DNA of 64,000 nt from an uncultured Verrucomicrobiales bacterium (GTDB lineage: Bacteria > Verrucomicrobiota > Verrucomicrobiia > Verrucomicrobiales > Akkermansiaceae), in NCBI GenBank assembly GCA_937916505.1, contig CALFSW010000050.1:173-64172 (forward strand), read 5' to 3'. A program made the translations under genes and the position numbers. Shown one piece after another: positions 16,346 to 25,916 of this stretch (within the stretch, counting starts at the first letter, position 1; every line of letters starts with the position of its first letter). Under the pieces are notes generated by a model. That model made no database searches. It was not told where the DNA came from and worked only from the letters and a program-made list of their open reading frames with translations.

Positions 16346-17836
16346 ATGCCGGAGACAACTTCCATTTATCTTGCCGTTGATCTCGGTGCCGGAAGTGGCC
16401 GCGTGATTGCCGGGCTCGTGAAACAGGGGAAGCTCTCGCTGGAGGAAATCAATCGTTTCGAAAATGTTCCCTTTGAGAAAGGCGGTCGTCTTTTTTGGGA
16501 CTTTGAGTCTCTTTGGGCGGGCGTTCTTGAAGGCTTGAAAGGGGCTGTCGATCGCTTTGGTCCGGAAAAAATCCGCTCGGTTGGCGTGGACACCTGGGGT
16601 GTTGATTACGGTTTCATCGGCTCCGACAATGAGTTGCTGGCCGGGCCCCGCCACTATCGCGATCCCCGGACGAAGGGGGTGATGGATGAACTTTGCTCCC
16701 GCATTTCCGCTGAAACCATTTTTGAGAAGAGTGGAATCCAGTTCATGGATATTAACACCTTGGTCCAAATGGGGGCTGAGGTTCAAGATCCTGATTCGGC
16801 TCTTTTACATGCTGATCAATTTCTTCTCATCCCGGATCTCATTAATCTTCGACTGACCGGTTTGGCGAGATGTGAACGAACCAATGCGTCAACAACCCAG
16901 CTTTATAACCCGGTCAAGAAAGATTGGTCCCGGACACTTTTTGACGCACTCGGGCTTTCATTATCAGTTGCTCCCGATCTGATTGAGTCGGGCCAATCTC
17001 TGGGTCCCATCCTGCCTGCGATTGCCGGGGCAACAGGTCTATCTTCCCATACCAAGGTCGTCACTGTGGGGAGCCATGATACCGCTTCCGCGGTTGCGGC
17101 GGTTCCCGCCGAGCCGGGGACGAAATTTGCTTATCTGAGTTCCGGGACCTGGTCGCTGCTTGGCGTTGAGATCGATGAACCGATCCTGACCCCGCTGGCG
17201 CGGGAATACAATTTCACCAACGAAGTGGGAGTCTTTGATACAATCCGACTTCTCAAAAACATCAACGGTCTCTGGCTTGTTCAGGAATGCCGACGGGTTT
17301 GGAAGGAAGAGGGGAATGACTGGGGGTATTTTGACCTCGCTAAAATGGCGGCTGGCGCGGTGCGATTGCAGTCATTCATCGACCCGGATGACCCGCGCTT
17401 TTCCGGTCGCTGCAACATGCCGCTGGAAATCATGGATTACTGCCGGGAGACCGGTCAGGAGGTCCCTTTGAATCCGGGCCAGATCATGCGATTGGTTGCG
17501 GACAGCCTCGCGCTAAAAGTGCGATTTGTTTTGAATCGATTGGAAAGGGTCGTCGGCTACCGGGTCGATGTGCTTCATATTATTGGAGGCGGGGGACAGA
17601 ACGAAAGGCTGAATCAGAGTATCGCCAGCAGCATCAACCGGCCGGTGATTGTTGGTCCCTATGAGGCCACCGCGGCAGGAAACCTGATCATGCAAAAAGT
17701 GGCATGCGGTCGCTTGGCCAGTCTGGAGGAGGCAAGGGGGCTCGTCCGAAGGTCGTTTCAAACGAAAACATTTCATCCGGCGCATCCGGCGGAATGGGAT
17801 TCGGCCTACGAGAGGTTTCGAAATCTCATCGACTGA
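16346..17836 (+). CDS. rhaB: rhamnulokinase (FGGY family)
   Basis: LAVDLGAGSGRVIAG, VGVDTWGVDYG, VTVGSHDTASAV and IIGGGGQNERLNQ. I prefer the ATG at 16346; the ORF track starts at GTG 16313. Confidence 0.85.
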   Translation: MPETTSIYLAVDLGAGSGRVIAGLVKQGKLSLEEINRFENVPFEKGGRLFWDFESLWAGVLEGLKGAVDRFGPEKIRSVGVDTWGVDYGFIGSDNELLAGPRHYRDPRTKGVMDELCSRISAETIFEKSGIQFMDINTLVQMGAEVQDPDSALLHADQFLLIPDLINLRLTGLARCERTNASTTQLYNPVKKDWSRTLFDALGLSLSVAPDLIESGQSLGPILPAIAGATGLSSHTKVVTVGSHDTASAVAAVPAEPGTKFAYLSSGTWSLLGVEIDEPILTPLAREYNFTNEVGVFDTIRLLKNINGLWLVQECRRVWKEEGNDWGYFDLAKMAAGAVRLQSFIDPDDPRFSGRCNMPLEIMDYCRETGQEVPLNPGQIMRLVADSLALKVRFVLNRLERVVGYRVDVLHIIGGGGQNERLNQSIASSINRPVIVGPYEATAAGNLIMQKVACGRLASLEEARGLVRRSFQTKTFHPAHPAEWDSAYERFRNLID

Positions 17837-17934
17837 GTGGGTTGCCTCGAATGTGACCAACATGGGCGGCTGCGAGTTGGCGCAGGAGGGGAAGGTGACC
17901 GGGAGGACGGCGAGGATCGAAATTGAAAGGAGTT

Positions 17935-18489
17935 TCAGAGTTCCTTGGAAATGGCTGCAGCAAGACTGTCGATCAGGCGGCTTTGAGCAGCGGCGAGTTC
18001 TTCGAAGCCATCGTTGATCATGGGCTCTCGAAGAGTGGTGGTTTTACTGGCGATGAGGCGACTTCCGGGGAGCTCGTAGGCGCGCCAGGAGGCTTCGAGA
18101 AGAGCATCGCCATCGACCGTTCCATGGAATTGGCGGACATCTACGGTGATTTGGTATTTGAGTTCGTTCTCGCGATCCCAGGGATACGTCCGGATGTTGC
18201 CGGTGCCTTTGCGTCGCCCGAGGTTGCTGGCAAGAACGCGGGTGAAATCGTTGCGAAGATCGCCGCCCCATTCGTGAAGGTCGGAGATTTCCATCTTATG
18301 CGGGCTGGATTGGAAGATGAGATAAGGGCGCTCGACAAGGTAGTCGGCCATATTGACGGGACCGATGCCGATCCCGATGCCACCTCCGGAAGGAGGGCGA
18401 CCGACCGGGGAAAGGACGTAGTAGTTTCGCTCGGTCGAACAGGAGGACAAAGCGAGGAGAGCAACGAGGAAAATGGAACGGGAAAACAT
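17935..18489 (-). CDS. pqiC: PqiC/YmbA-type (DUF330) auxiliary lipoprotein of the Pqi/MCE transport system
   Basis: Lipobox LLALSSC. Length is 184 aa, and it lies immediately (3 nt) after pqiB. The YYVL... opening is typical of DUF330. Confidence 0.75.
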   Translation of the reverse strand: MFSRSIFLVALLALSSCSTERNYYVLSPVGRPPSGGGIGIGIGPVNMADYLVERPYLIFQSSPHKMEISDLHEWGGDLRNDFTRVLASNLGRRKGTGNIRTYPWDRENELKYQITVDVRQFHGTVDGDALLEASWRAYELPGSRLIASKTTTLREPMINDGFEELAAAQSRLIDSLAAAISKEL

Positions 18490-18492
18490 GGC

Positions 18493-20202
18493 TTACTTGC
18501 GGCGCGCGCGGGGGATCTTTTTGGTGTTCGGGTCTTTTCCGAATAGAAGGGAGTTTGGTTTATCGGCAATCTCGGTGCTCATGCGTTCGATGGAGCGGAT
18601 GGCGGAGCGGAGTTCGTCCATGGTTCGCCGAAGGTCTCCGTAAACGGCACCGTTGTTGGAGAGAGGCTCGAGGGATTTGTTGACTTGGGCGAGCGTGTCG
18701 CGGAGGTCGCCGGAGAGGGATTTGGTGTCGTCGGCGATGAGGATGGCGTTGAGCGATTTCACCGTTTCGGAAATATCCTGAAGGGTGTTTTGGGCATCAG
18801 CGACGACTCCCTTGCTTGAGACCATGGCGAGGTTCACGTTGCTGAGTGCTTCGGTGGCTTCATCGGATGTTTGCCCGACTTTGGTGACGAGTTCATCGAG
18901 CTTGAGGGCATTGAACTTATCGAGAAGCGCTCCAACCTTATCCTGGAGGTTTTCAAGACCGGTATGGACGGAGGGAAGAACAATGAGATCTCCCCGTTGC
19001 TCAATTTCAGTGTAGATGGAATCCGGATAGTAATCCAGGTCAACATAGAGTTGTCCGGTGAGAAGATTGCTCGATTTCAGTGAGGCGCGGAGACCTTGTT
19101 TAAGGGCCTTTTCAAAGCCAATTTCACCCTCGTCAAGGATAGAGGGAGGGAAGTGGGTTGCCATGAGCCGGGCATCGAGTTGCACCAGGATGGGGATTTG
19201 CTCAATATTGACCTCCTCGATGAGGTTGTAGGAAATCTTGCCGACTCTTCCAATCCGCAGGCCACGGAATTCCACGGGTGAGCCAACCTTGAGTCCGCGG
19301 AGGGACTCGTCGAGGAGGAGAAGGAATTCGACACCACCCTGGAAGTTGGTGTTTTGGGCATCTTCCTGATTTTTAAAGAGGGCCAGAAGGCTGTCATCGG
19401 GAAGAGGCCTGCCTGCGGGGAGTCCTGCCGGAACGCCAACAGAAATTCGACCCGCGACGAGGGAATCGAGGGAGGGAAGTTCGAGGTCGAAGCCATCGGC
19501 ACCAATATGAAGTGAGATCCCGGAGGACTGCCAGAAGAGCGAATTGTCAGTGATGAGATCGCTGTATTTTTGTTCAATAAAAACTCCAAATTGGACGGTG
19601 CGGGTGTCCATGTTGAAGATCCGACTTTCGACGCGTCCAATGAGGTTTTCGTTGAAATAGATGCCACTGCCAATTCCGATGGAGCCGGGTTGTTCGGCGG
19701 TGAGGGTGAGGCGGAGGCCTTCGACGGTGCGGGGGGTAAGAGGGGGCGTTTCGAGACCGTTGAATTTGCGAACTCCTTCTTCACCGATGCCGGGATCAAG
19801 TTGGAGGAAGGCCCCGCTGACGAGCGTGCCGAGGCCTGAAATGGTGGCTCCCTGGATACGGGGTTTTTCGACCCAGAAACGGGAGTCTTTTCGAATGAGA
19901 TGGAGGTGGGTGGGCTTGACCCTGACTTCAACATCGACTTCCAGATCGTCGGTGAGCCTGATGTTTTCGACCATGCCGATATTGACGTTGCGGCATTTGA
20001 CTTCGGTTTTTCCTTCTTTGATTCCGTCGGCATTTTCGAATCGAATGATGACGAGTTCGCCTCGCTCGTCGTGGTTTCGTTTGACGAGCCAGAGTCCGAG
20101 GAGGAGGGCGACGATGGGAATGATCCAGACCTTATTGAAGCGAGCGCCGGGGCGGACGTCGGGGTGAAGGCCTTCTTCGTTGTCGGGAGATACGGTGCTC
20201 AT
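18493..20202 (-). CDS. pqiB: intermembrane transport protein PqiB (multi-MCE domain)
   Basis: N-terminal TM segment (WIIPIVALLLGLWLV), three MCE-like repeats (e.g. GSPVEFRGLRIGRVGKI) and a C-terminal coiled coil. Length is 569 aa. Confidence 0.85.
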   Translation of the reverse strand: MSTVSPDNEEGLHPDVRPGARFNKVWIIPIVALLLGLWLVKRNHDERGELVIIRFENADGIKEGKTEVKCRNVNIGMVENIRLTDDLEVDVEVRVKPTHLHLIRKDSRFWVEKPRIQGATISGLGTLVSGAFLQLDPGIGEEGVRKFNGLETPPLTPRTVEGLRLTLTAEQPGSIGIGSGIYFNENLIGRVESRIFNMDTRTVQFGVFIEQKYSDLITDNSLFWQSSGISLHIGADGFDLELPSLDSLVAGRISVGVPAGLPAGRPLPDDSLLALFKNQEDAQNTNFQGGVEFLLLLDESLRGLKVGSPVEFRGLRIGRVGKISYNLIEEVNIEQIPILVQLDARLMATHFPPSILDEGEIGFEKALKQGLRASLKSSNLLTGQLYVDLDYYPDSIYTEIEQRGDLIVLPSVHTGLENLQDKVGALLDKFNALKLDELVTKVGQTSDEATEALSNVNLAMVSSKGVVADAQNTLQDISETVKSLNAILIADDTKSLSGDLRDTLAQVNKSLEPLSNNGAVYGDLRRTMDELRSAIRSIERMSTEIADKPNSLLFGKDPNTKKIPRARRK

Positions 20203-20825
20203 GGAGAGGTGGAGTTGGGATCAGATTGGCGAAGGCGGTCCCAGATAAGCTTTGGATCAAAGGCGTGGGCGGAAAGCATGGTGAGGATGACCATAAGGCC
20301 AAAGGCGATGGCGGCGGCTCCTGGTTCGATGGACATCAGATTGCCCATTTGAATGAGCCCGACAAGAATCGCGACAACAAAGACATCGACCATGGACCAG
20401 CGGCCCACCAGCTCGGTGAGATAATACATGCGGTTGGCAATTCGGGGATTGATTTCGATTTTCCCGGAAGCGGCACCACAGAGGATGCCGAGAGCGACGA
20501 ACTTGAGTCCGGGAATCATGACGCTGGCAATGAAGATGGTGATGGCGACGGGATAGGCCTTCATTTCCCAAAAGGTGGCAACCCCGCCAAGAATGGTGCT
20601 CTTTTCCTCGGTGCCGAGCTGGGTGACGAGCATGATGGGGAGGAGATTTGCCGGAATGTAGGCGAGAATCCCGGTGATGCCAAAGGCAAGGCAACGCGCC
20701 AGGCTGTCGGGTTTGCGTGGGTGGAGGTGGGTGCCGCAGCGGGGGCAGTGGTGGGTCTTGACGTTTGAAACCTTGTTACAGGTGTGGCAGGCGGCCAGGC
20801 CAAGCTCGAGGGCGGAAGGATTCAT
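20199..20825 (-). CDS. pqiA: PqiA-family membrane protein, second half-gene
   Basis: Zinc-ribbon CHTCNKV...HHCPRCG followed by TM helices. ATG 20825 overlaps the stop of the preceding half-gene (ATGA). The longer track ORF (to 20936) has an R/H/P-rich N-terminus that does not look coding. Confidence 0.75.
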   Translation of the reverse strand: MNPSALELGLAACHTCNKVSNVKTHHCPRCGTHLHPRKPDSLARCLAFGITGILAYIPANLLPIMLVTQLGTEEKSTILGGVATFWEMKAYPVAITIFIASVMIPGLKFVALGILCGAASGKIEINPRIANRMYYLTELVGRWSMVDVFVVAILVGLIQMGNLMSIEPGAAAIAFGLMVILTMLSAHAFDPKLIWDRLRQSDPNSTSP

Positions 20826-21487
20826 GACGCCTCCCTTCCAGGATATTCCGCGATTTCGATGCGGTCCCATAGCTCGGTTCGGTCGATGCCGCTGATGGCT
20901 CCGGCGAGGCAAATCATGAGGCCGGCCACCGACCAAAAACCAATGCCCAGTTCGACGTCGGCGAGCTTCACCAGCTTAAGCAAGCTCACGATGGTCCCGA
21001 GGAAAAAAACCTCCACCATGACCCAGAACTGGAAAGCCTGGAAGATTCGCATGACCGGACGGCTGCCGGGTAGGCAGCGGCCAAAGAGAAGGGGGAGGCA
21101 AAGATAGAGAAGACTGGCAAGGAGGGTGAATGGCAGGACAATGACAAAGAGAGCGACCGCGAGGGCGATGAGCTCGCCACCCTCCCGCCAGAGGCTTGCC
21201 ACCGCACCAGGGACTGAAACCTCACTGACATTCCCCTGGGCATCCATGGTAATGAAGGGGAAGATTAACATCAGTGCGAAAAGCGACAATGCGGTGATCC
21301 CGAAGGCCGCTGCTCTTTGTAAACTGCTGTGTCGATTACGGTAGAGAGCAAATCCACACTCCTTGCAATGGGCGGCGGTGCCTTCCTCGATGAGGTCGAG
21401 CTCGTGCAGGGTGTCGCAAAAATGGCACGCCGCCTGATGTCTCACGTCGGGCAGACGTGGCCAGGTGAAGTGGTGGTGTTGCGACAT
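20822..21487 (-). CDS. pqiA: PqiA-family membrane protein, first half-gene
   Basis: Zinc-ribbon CHFCDT...AHCKECG followed by TM helices. Start ATG 21487 lies 10 nt after the CNNM gene stop. The track ORF extension to 21697 overlaps that gene. Confidence 0.75.
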   Translation of the reverse strand: MSQHHHFTWPRLPDVRHQAACHFCDTLHELDLIEEGTAAHCKECGFALYRNRHSSLQRAAAFGITALSLFALMLIFPFITMDAQGNVSEVSVPGAVASLWREGGELIALAVALFVIVLPFTLLASLLYLCLPLLFGRCLPGSRPVMRIFQAFQFWVMVEVFFLGTIVSLLKLVKLADVELGIGFWSVAGLMICLAGAISGIDRTELWDRIEIAEYPGREAS

Positions 21488-21497
21488 AAAACGATTT

Positions 21498-22541
21498 TTA
21501 ATTTGCGGTGGCCGGGGGCGGGACGCGTTTGGCGATGCCCTTAAGAAGGCGCCCGAAAATATCCGCTCCGGTAATAATTCTCTTATGGTCGGCTGTCCAA
21601 TAGAGGACCACGTCGCGGTCGACGACGTGGTCGTGGGAATCCTCGGCTTCGACGACAAACTCTCCCAGAACGGAGTCGAGGTAGGTGTCTTTTTCACTCA
21701 CGACAATGGGTCGGTGGCATTGGTCGTAGAGATCGGTTTTCAAGCCCTCGACATTCAGGTCGCAGAGGGTTTTGGTGGTATCCATCACGATGACGGGTTC
21801 CCCTCCTTCGTTGACGATGATGGCCCAATGATGATGGTGTTTTTTGAGTGATTCGACAAACTCCAGACCTTCCTCGGTATCGAGCGAGGGGAGCATGGTG
21901 AGGTCCAGCTTGGTCGGGAATTGATAGATTGTGTTCGGTTCGATCTCGTTGCCTTCCTCCACGATGGGCCGGTCGTCAAGGTCGAGAAAGTTAAGAGCAC
22001 CTTGTCCCTCGTTGGCGCTGATTTCGGAGCCGGCTTCATCGATGTGTCTTTCGAGAATGATTTCAATATCCCGTTCTTCGAAAAATGTCGGGCCTTCCGG
22101 ACCAATCCATCCGTCGAGGAGAATGGCGCAGGGCTTGGTGATGGGGTAGAGGAGAATTTGGTAGAAGCGGATGACCGGAGTGAGGAGAGAACCAACCTTG
22201 AGGGCATTTCGTGAAAAATATGCCTGGGGCATGATCTCACCGAAAAAGGTGATGCCGATGGTGGAGAAAAGGAATCCCAAGAGACCGGCCATGAGGGATT
22301 CACTCAGGAGGGAGAGCAGGACATTGACGCTGACATTCCCCCAGAGGATGGTGCAGAGGAGGAGGTTGGCATCTTGTCTGAGCGAGAGGACTCTTGTTGC
22401 GGCCTGACTGCCTCGTTGGGCTTCGGCTTCGAGCCGAAGCCGGCCCAGCGAAAAGAAGGCGAGGTTGCATCCGGAAAACATCGCGGAGTGGATGATGCAG
22501 AAGCCAATGCCGAGCCAGGATAGCCAGATGTAGTTTTCCAT
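21498..22541 (-). CDS. CNNM/DUF21 transmembrane domain protein with CBS-pair region (CorC/TlyC-like divalent-cation transporter family)
   Basis: The N-terminal DUF21 signature (IHSAMFSGCNLAFFSLGRLRLE, FGEIMPQA) is followed by a CBS-like cytoplasmic region. Confidence 0.75.
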   Translation of the reverse strand: MENYIWLSWLGIGFCIIHSAMFSGCNLAFFSLGRLRLEAEAQRGSQAATRVLSLRQDANLLLCTILWGNVSVNVLLSLLSESLMAGLLGFLFSTIGITFFGEIMPQAYFSRNALKVGSLLTPVIRFYQILLYPITKPCAILLDGWIGPEGPTFFEERDIEIILERHIDEAGSEISANEGQGALNFLDLDDRPIVEEGNEIEPNTIYQFPTKLDLTMLPSLDTEEGLEFVESLKKHHHHWAIIVNEGGEPVIVMDTTKTLCDLNVEGLKTDLYDQCHRPIVVSEKDTYLDSVLGEFVVEAEDSHDHVVDRDVVLYWTADHKRIITGADIFGRLLKGIAKRVPPPATAN

Positions 22542-22799
22542 GAAGGTTGTGTCCTTGAATGAACTATGCCCTGAAGAAAAGTGCGAGTTATTTTACGAGG
22601 GATTCGGGCTGGGGAGCGGAATGAATTTCAGGGGTGTTTCAGGCTGATTTTCCGGAGGAAAGCTCTCTTTTGGAGACCTGAACTTGCACACAGTGGTGAT
22701 CACAAAAATCGACCGGTTGGGTTTAATTCCGGTGCTCCGGACCCGTGGCCTCGGTAATGGATGGGGAAGGGGGAGTGGTCGGATGGAGGAGCCAATCTT

Positions 22800-23561
22800 C
22801 TACCACGGAGTCATGCCGCCGTTGATGTGGAGGGTTTGTCCGGTGATGAAGCTTGATTCCTCGAGAGCGAAAAATTTGACGGCGTTGCCAATGTCGTCCG
22901 GGGTGCCCCAGCGACCGGCCGGGATTTGAGCGAAGTAGCCATCCTTGTCCTCCTGGGGATCGTTTGCATGACGTTCGACGGGGATCCAACCGGGAGCGAC
23001 CATGTTGACGGTGATCCCGTGGGGAGCGAGTTCCCTGGACATGGAGCGGGACCATCCGATCTGGCCGCCTTTGGCGGCGACATAGGCCGAGAAGTTGGGA
23101 TTGGATGCCGCGAAGACTTCCGAGGTGATGTTGATGATTCGTCCCCAGCCGCGTTCTTTCATTCCGGGGACTGCGGCCTGGGTGAGGAGGAAGGGACTCA
23201 TGACGAAGAAGTCGAGCATGCTGCGGTAGAAGTCTTCATCGTATTCCTCGATGGGTTTTTGGGGCTGGGGAGGGGTGGCATTGGGAACGATAATATCGAC
23301 AGGACCCAGCTCGTTCCCGGCTTGCTCGAGGAGGTTTTTGATGTCGGACTCTTTGGAGACGTCGGCGCGGATGGCGATGGCTTCTCCGCCCCCGGAGATG
23401 ATTTCATCGGCAACTTCCTGCCCAAGGGTGATGTTGTTGTAGGCGTTGATCACGACTTTGGCTCCAGCGGCGCCCAGGCATCGAGCGATTCCGGCTCCGA
23501 GACCTTTGCTGCTTCCGGTGACGAGGGCGACATGTCCGTTAAGAGGTAGATCTTTACTCAT
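22800..23561 (-). CDS. SDR-family oxidoreductase (FabG-like)
   Basis: TGSSKGLGAGIA cofactor motif, NAT... and YVAAKGG catalytic motif. Length is 253 aa. Confidence 0.85.
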   Translation of the reverse strand: MSKDLPLNGHVALVTGSSKGLGAGIARCLGAAGAKVVINAYNNITLGQEVADEIISGGGEAIAIRADVSKESDIKNLLEQAGNELGPVDIIVPNATPPQPQKPIEEYDEDFYRSMLDFFVMSPFLLTQAAVPGMKERGWGRIINITSEVFAASNPNFSAYVAAKGGQIGWSRSMSRELAPHGITVNMVAPGWIPVERHANDPQEDKDGYFAQIPAGRWGTPDDIGNAVKFFALEESSFITGQTLHINGGMTPW

Positions 23562-23646
23562 TAGGGCAAGGTTAGAAGCCGGACGATGAGCGGAAAACCA
23601 AAAACAATTGAGCTTTTGAAATAAAATGACTCATTTGAACACTTTT

Positions 23647-23668
23647 TGCTTTTATGAACACTGTTCAT
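23647..23668. promoter_or_regulatory. recA upstream operator-like element: TGCTT-ttat-GAACA (8/10 to TGTTC-N4-GAACA) fused to the 15-bp perfect palindrome ATGAACAcTGTTCAT
   Basis: Read directly from the sequence. The 8-mer TGAACACT also occurs at 23636-23643 and inside the 11890 box. Confidence 0.3.
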
Positions 23669-23708
23669 CAGTTTAGTTGTGTCCCAGTTAATTACACCAA
23701 ACATTGTC

Positions 23709-24788
23709 ATGAGTTCCACTACCACTAAAACTGCCGCCATGTCCGAAAAGAAAGAGAAAGCTCCTGCCGCCGCTGCGTCAAAAGGAGACGATAAGCTCGC
23801 CGCAGCCCGTAAGAAGAATCTGGATCTTGCCATTACCCAAATTCAAAAAGATTTTGGCGAAGCCGCCATCATGCGCCTTGGCGACGATAAACGCATGGAT
23901 GTGGATTCCATTCCCACGGGCAACCTGTTGATCGACCGGGCCCTGGGAGTGGGTGGATTTCCACGAGGACGAATTGTGGAGGTTTTTGGTCCGGAATCTT
24001 CCGGTAAGACGACCCTGACCCTGACCGTTATCGCCCAAGCTCAGAAAGCAGGCGGGCTTGCGGCATTTATTGACGTGGAACACGCGCTTGATCCCCAGTA
24101 TGCCCGCCTTTTGGGTGTGAATTTGGATGATCTTCTGGTGTCCCAGCCATCCTCGGGTGAGGAAGCACTGCAGATTGTCGAGACCTTGGTGCGTTCCAAT
24201 GCCATTGACGTGGTCGTTCTTGATTCGGTGGCCGCTTTGGTGACAAAGCAGGAGCTTGCGGGTGAGATTGGAGATTCGACGGTGGGAACGCAGGCCCGCC
24301 TGATGAGTGCGGCGATGCGGAAGTTGACCAGTTTTATCTCCAAGGCCCGTACGACCTGTATCTTTACCAACCAGATTCGTGAGAAAATTGGGGTCATGTT
24401 TGGTAGCCCCGAGACCACTCCCGGTGGTCGTGCCCTGAAGTTTTTCTCTTCCGTCCGGGTAGATATTCGTCGGATCGGTCAGATCAAGGCAACGGATGGC
24501 ACGGTTGTGGGAAGCCGGACCAAGGTTAAGATCGTGAAGAACAAGGTTGCGCCGCCCTTCAAGGATGCGGAATTCGACATCATGTATAATGAGGGGATTT
24601 CCTCCGTCGGTTCGTTGATCGATCTCGCCCAGGAGTTTGACATCATCCAAAAGCGAGGAAGTTGGTTTAGCTACGATGGCGCACAACTTGGGCAAGGACG
24701 TGATGCCACAAAGAATGCCTTGAAAGAAGATAGTGATCTTTACGCCGAGATCGAAGAGAAGGTGAAAGCTCAAATGAAAGCTGACTAG
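23709..24788 (+). CDS. recA: recombinase RecA
   Basis: [45 protein letters not shown] and [28 protein letters not shown]. The start is ambiguous between GTG 23679, ATG 23709 and ATG 23739. Confidence 0.95.
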   Translation: MSSTTTKTAAMSEKKEKAPAAAASKGDDKLAAARKKNLDLAITQIQKDFGEAAIMRLGDDKRMDVDSIPTGNLLIDRALGVGGFPRGRIVEVFGPESSGKTTLTLTVIAQAQKAGGLAAFIDVEHALDPQYARLLGVNLDDLLVSQPSSGEEALQIVETLVRSNAIDVVVLDSVAALVTKQELAGEIGDSTVGTQARLMSAAMRKLTSFISKARTTCIFTNQIREKIGVMFGSPETTPGGRALKFFSSVRVDIRRIGQIKATDGTVVGSRTKVKIVKNKVAPPFKDAEFDIMYNEGISSVGSLIDLAQEFDIIQKRGSWFSYDGAQLGQGRDATKNALKEDSDLYAEIEEKVKAQMKAD

Positions 24789-24822
24789 CAGCTACCACCA
24801 ATATTTTGTGCTGTTTTATTTG

Positions 24823-24854
24823 AGCCCTGTGAGTCCGCTGTGACTGACAGGGCT
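24823..24854 (+). terminator. possible recA terminator hairpin
   Basis: AGCCCTGT-N16-ACAGGGCT followed by TTCTTCC. The stem is 8 bp, but the loop is large and the U-tract is imperfect. Confidence 0.4.
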
Positions 24855-25086
24855 TTCTTCCGGCCAGTAAAACGGAGCCAAGCTCTTCACGGCCGGAACG
24901 GGAAGGAGCGATTATAGAGGTCCGATTTCTTCTTTATTTGCGGTGAGTTTCTCCTCGGATTTGAGCTGAAGTTCAGGAATGTGACGATGCTTCTTTTGTG
25001 GTGTCCGGTGATTCTCCTTCTCCTGCTGGGTGGGATCATTTCCTAGTGGCTTGTCACCTCGTTCAAAATCGCCCATCTTCCCAACC

Positions 25087-25845
25087 ATGAAGTGCATATT
25101 GGGAATGTTTGTGGCGACCATGTCGATGGCGGTTGCGGGACCGGTTGATGAAATGAAGGCCGAGGTTCACAAGAAAGAGGGGAAGACGCTGCCGTATCGC
25201 TGGACAAAGGTCGGCGAGTCCGGGAGTCCGGCGTTTATTCTTTTTCTGCATGGAGCAGGGGAGCGGGGTGACGACAACAAGGCGCAACTGAAGCATGGAG
25301 TCGGCGATCTTTTGAAGTGGATTGGCGCCAATAACGAGAGTGCGGTTGTTTTGGCCCCGCAATGTAACCGGGACGTTTGGTGGGCCGATTTAAAAGGTGA
25401 TTTCCGCGCTCCCAAGGGAGGGAATCTGGCTGAGAAGCCATCGGCCATGATGACAATGGTGTTCGAGACTGTTGATCGGTTGGTGAAGGAGCAGAAAGTT
25501 GATCCCGAGCGAATCTATGTGACCGGGCTTTCGATGGGAGGTTTTGGTTCCTTTGCCGCAGTGGCGCGTCGTCCGGAGTTCTTTGCGGCGGCGATGCCGG
25601 TTTGCGGAGGAGGGGATCCTAAAACCGCGACGGCGATGAAGAAGGTTCCTTTTTGGGTCTTTCATGGAGCGGCCGACTCTGTGGTGCCCTTGAAGGCTTC
25701 ATCCCTTATGGTGGGCGCTTTGAAAGAAGCAGGTGCAACCGTGAAATTTCGCGAGTATCCGGGGGTGGGCCACGATTCGTGGACGGCGACCTATCGTGAT
25801 CCCGAGGTTTGGAAATGGCTCTTTTCTCAAAAGAAGGCGAAATAG
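25087..25845 (+). CDS. secreted alpha/beta hydrolase (carboxylesterase / PHB-depolymerase-like peptidase family)
   Basis: Signal peptide MKCILGMFVATMSMAVAG. Motifs FLHGAGERGDDN, nucleophile elbow GLSMGG, and FHGAADSVVP...GHDSW. Confidence 0.7.
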   Translation: MKCILGMFVATMSMAVAGPVDEMKAEVHKKEGKTLPYRWTKVGESGSPAFILFLHGAGERGDDNKAQLKHGVGDLLKWIGANNESAVVLAPQCNRDVWWADLKGDFRAPKGGNLAEKPSAMMTMVFETVDRLVKEQKVDPERIYVTGLSMGGFGSFAAVARRPEFFAAAMPVCGGGDPKTATAMKKVPFWVFHGAADSVVPLKASSLMVGALKEAGATVKFREYPGVGHDSWTATYRDPEVWKWLFSQKKAK

Positions 25846-25916
25846 GCCGGAGGTTCTTTCTTTCGATCAATACTTGATCACCAGCGTTTCGTGGGGAAAC
25901 TCCCGGTCCCGTTCCC

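Noticed and set aside
20826-21697. Longer N-terminal extensions of the two pqiA half-gene ORFs (to 20936 and 21697).
   Set aside because: The extensions are R/H/P/S-rich, overlap the upstream genes, and precede internal ATGs that give ATGA coupling or a 10-nt spacing.
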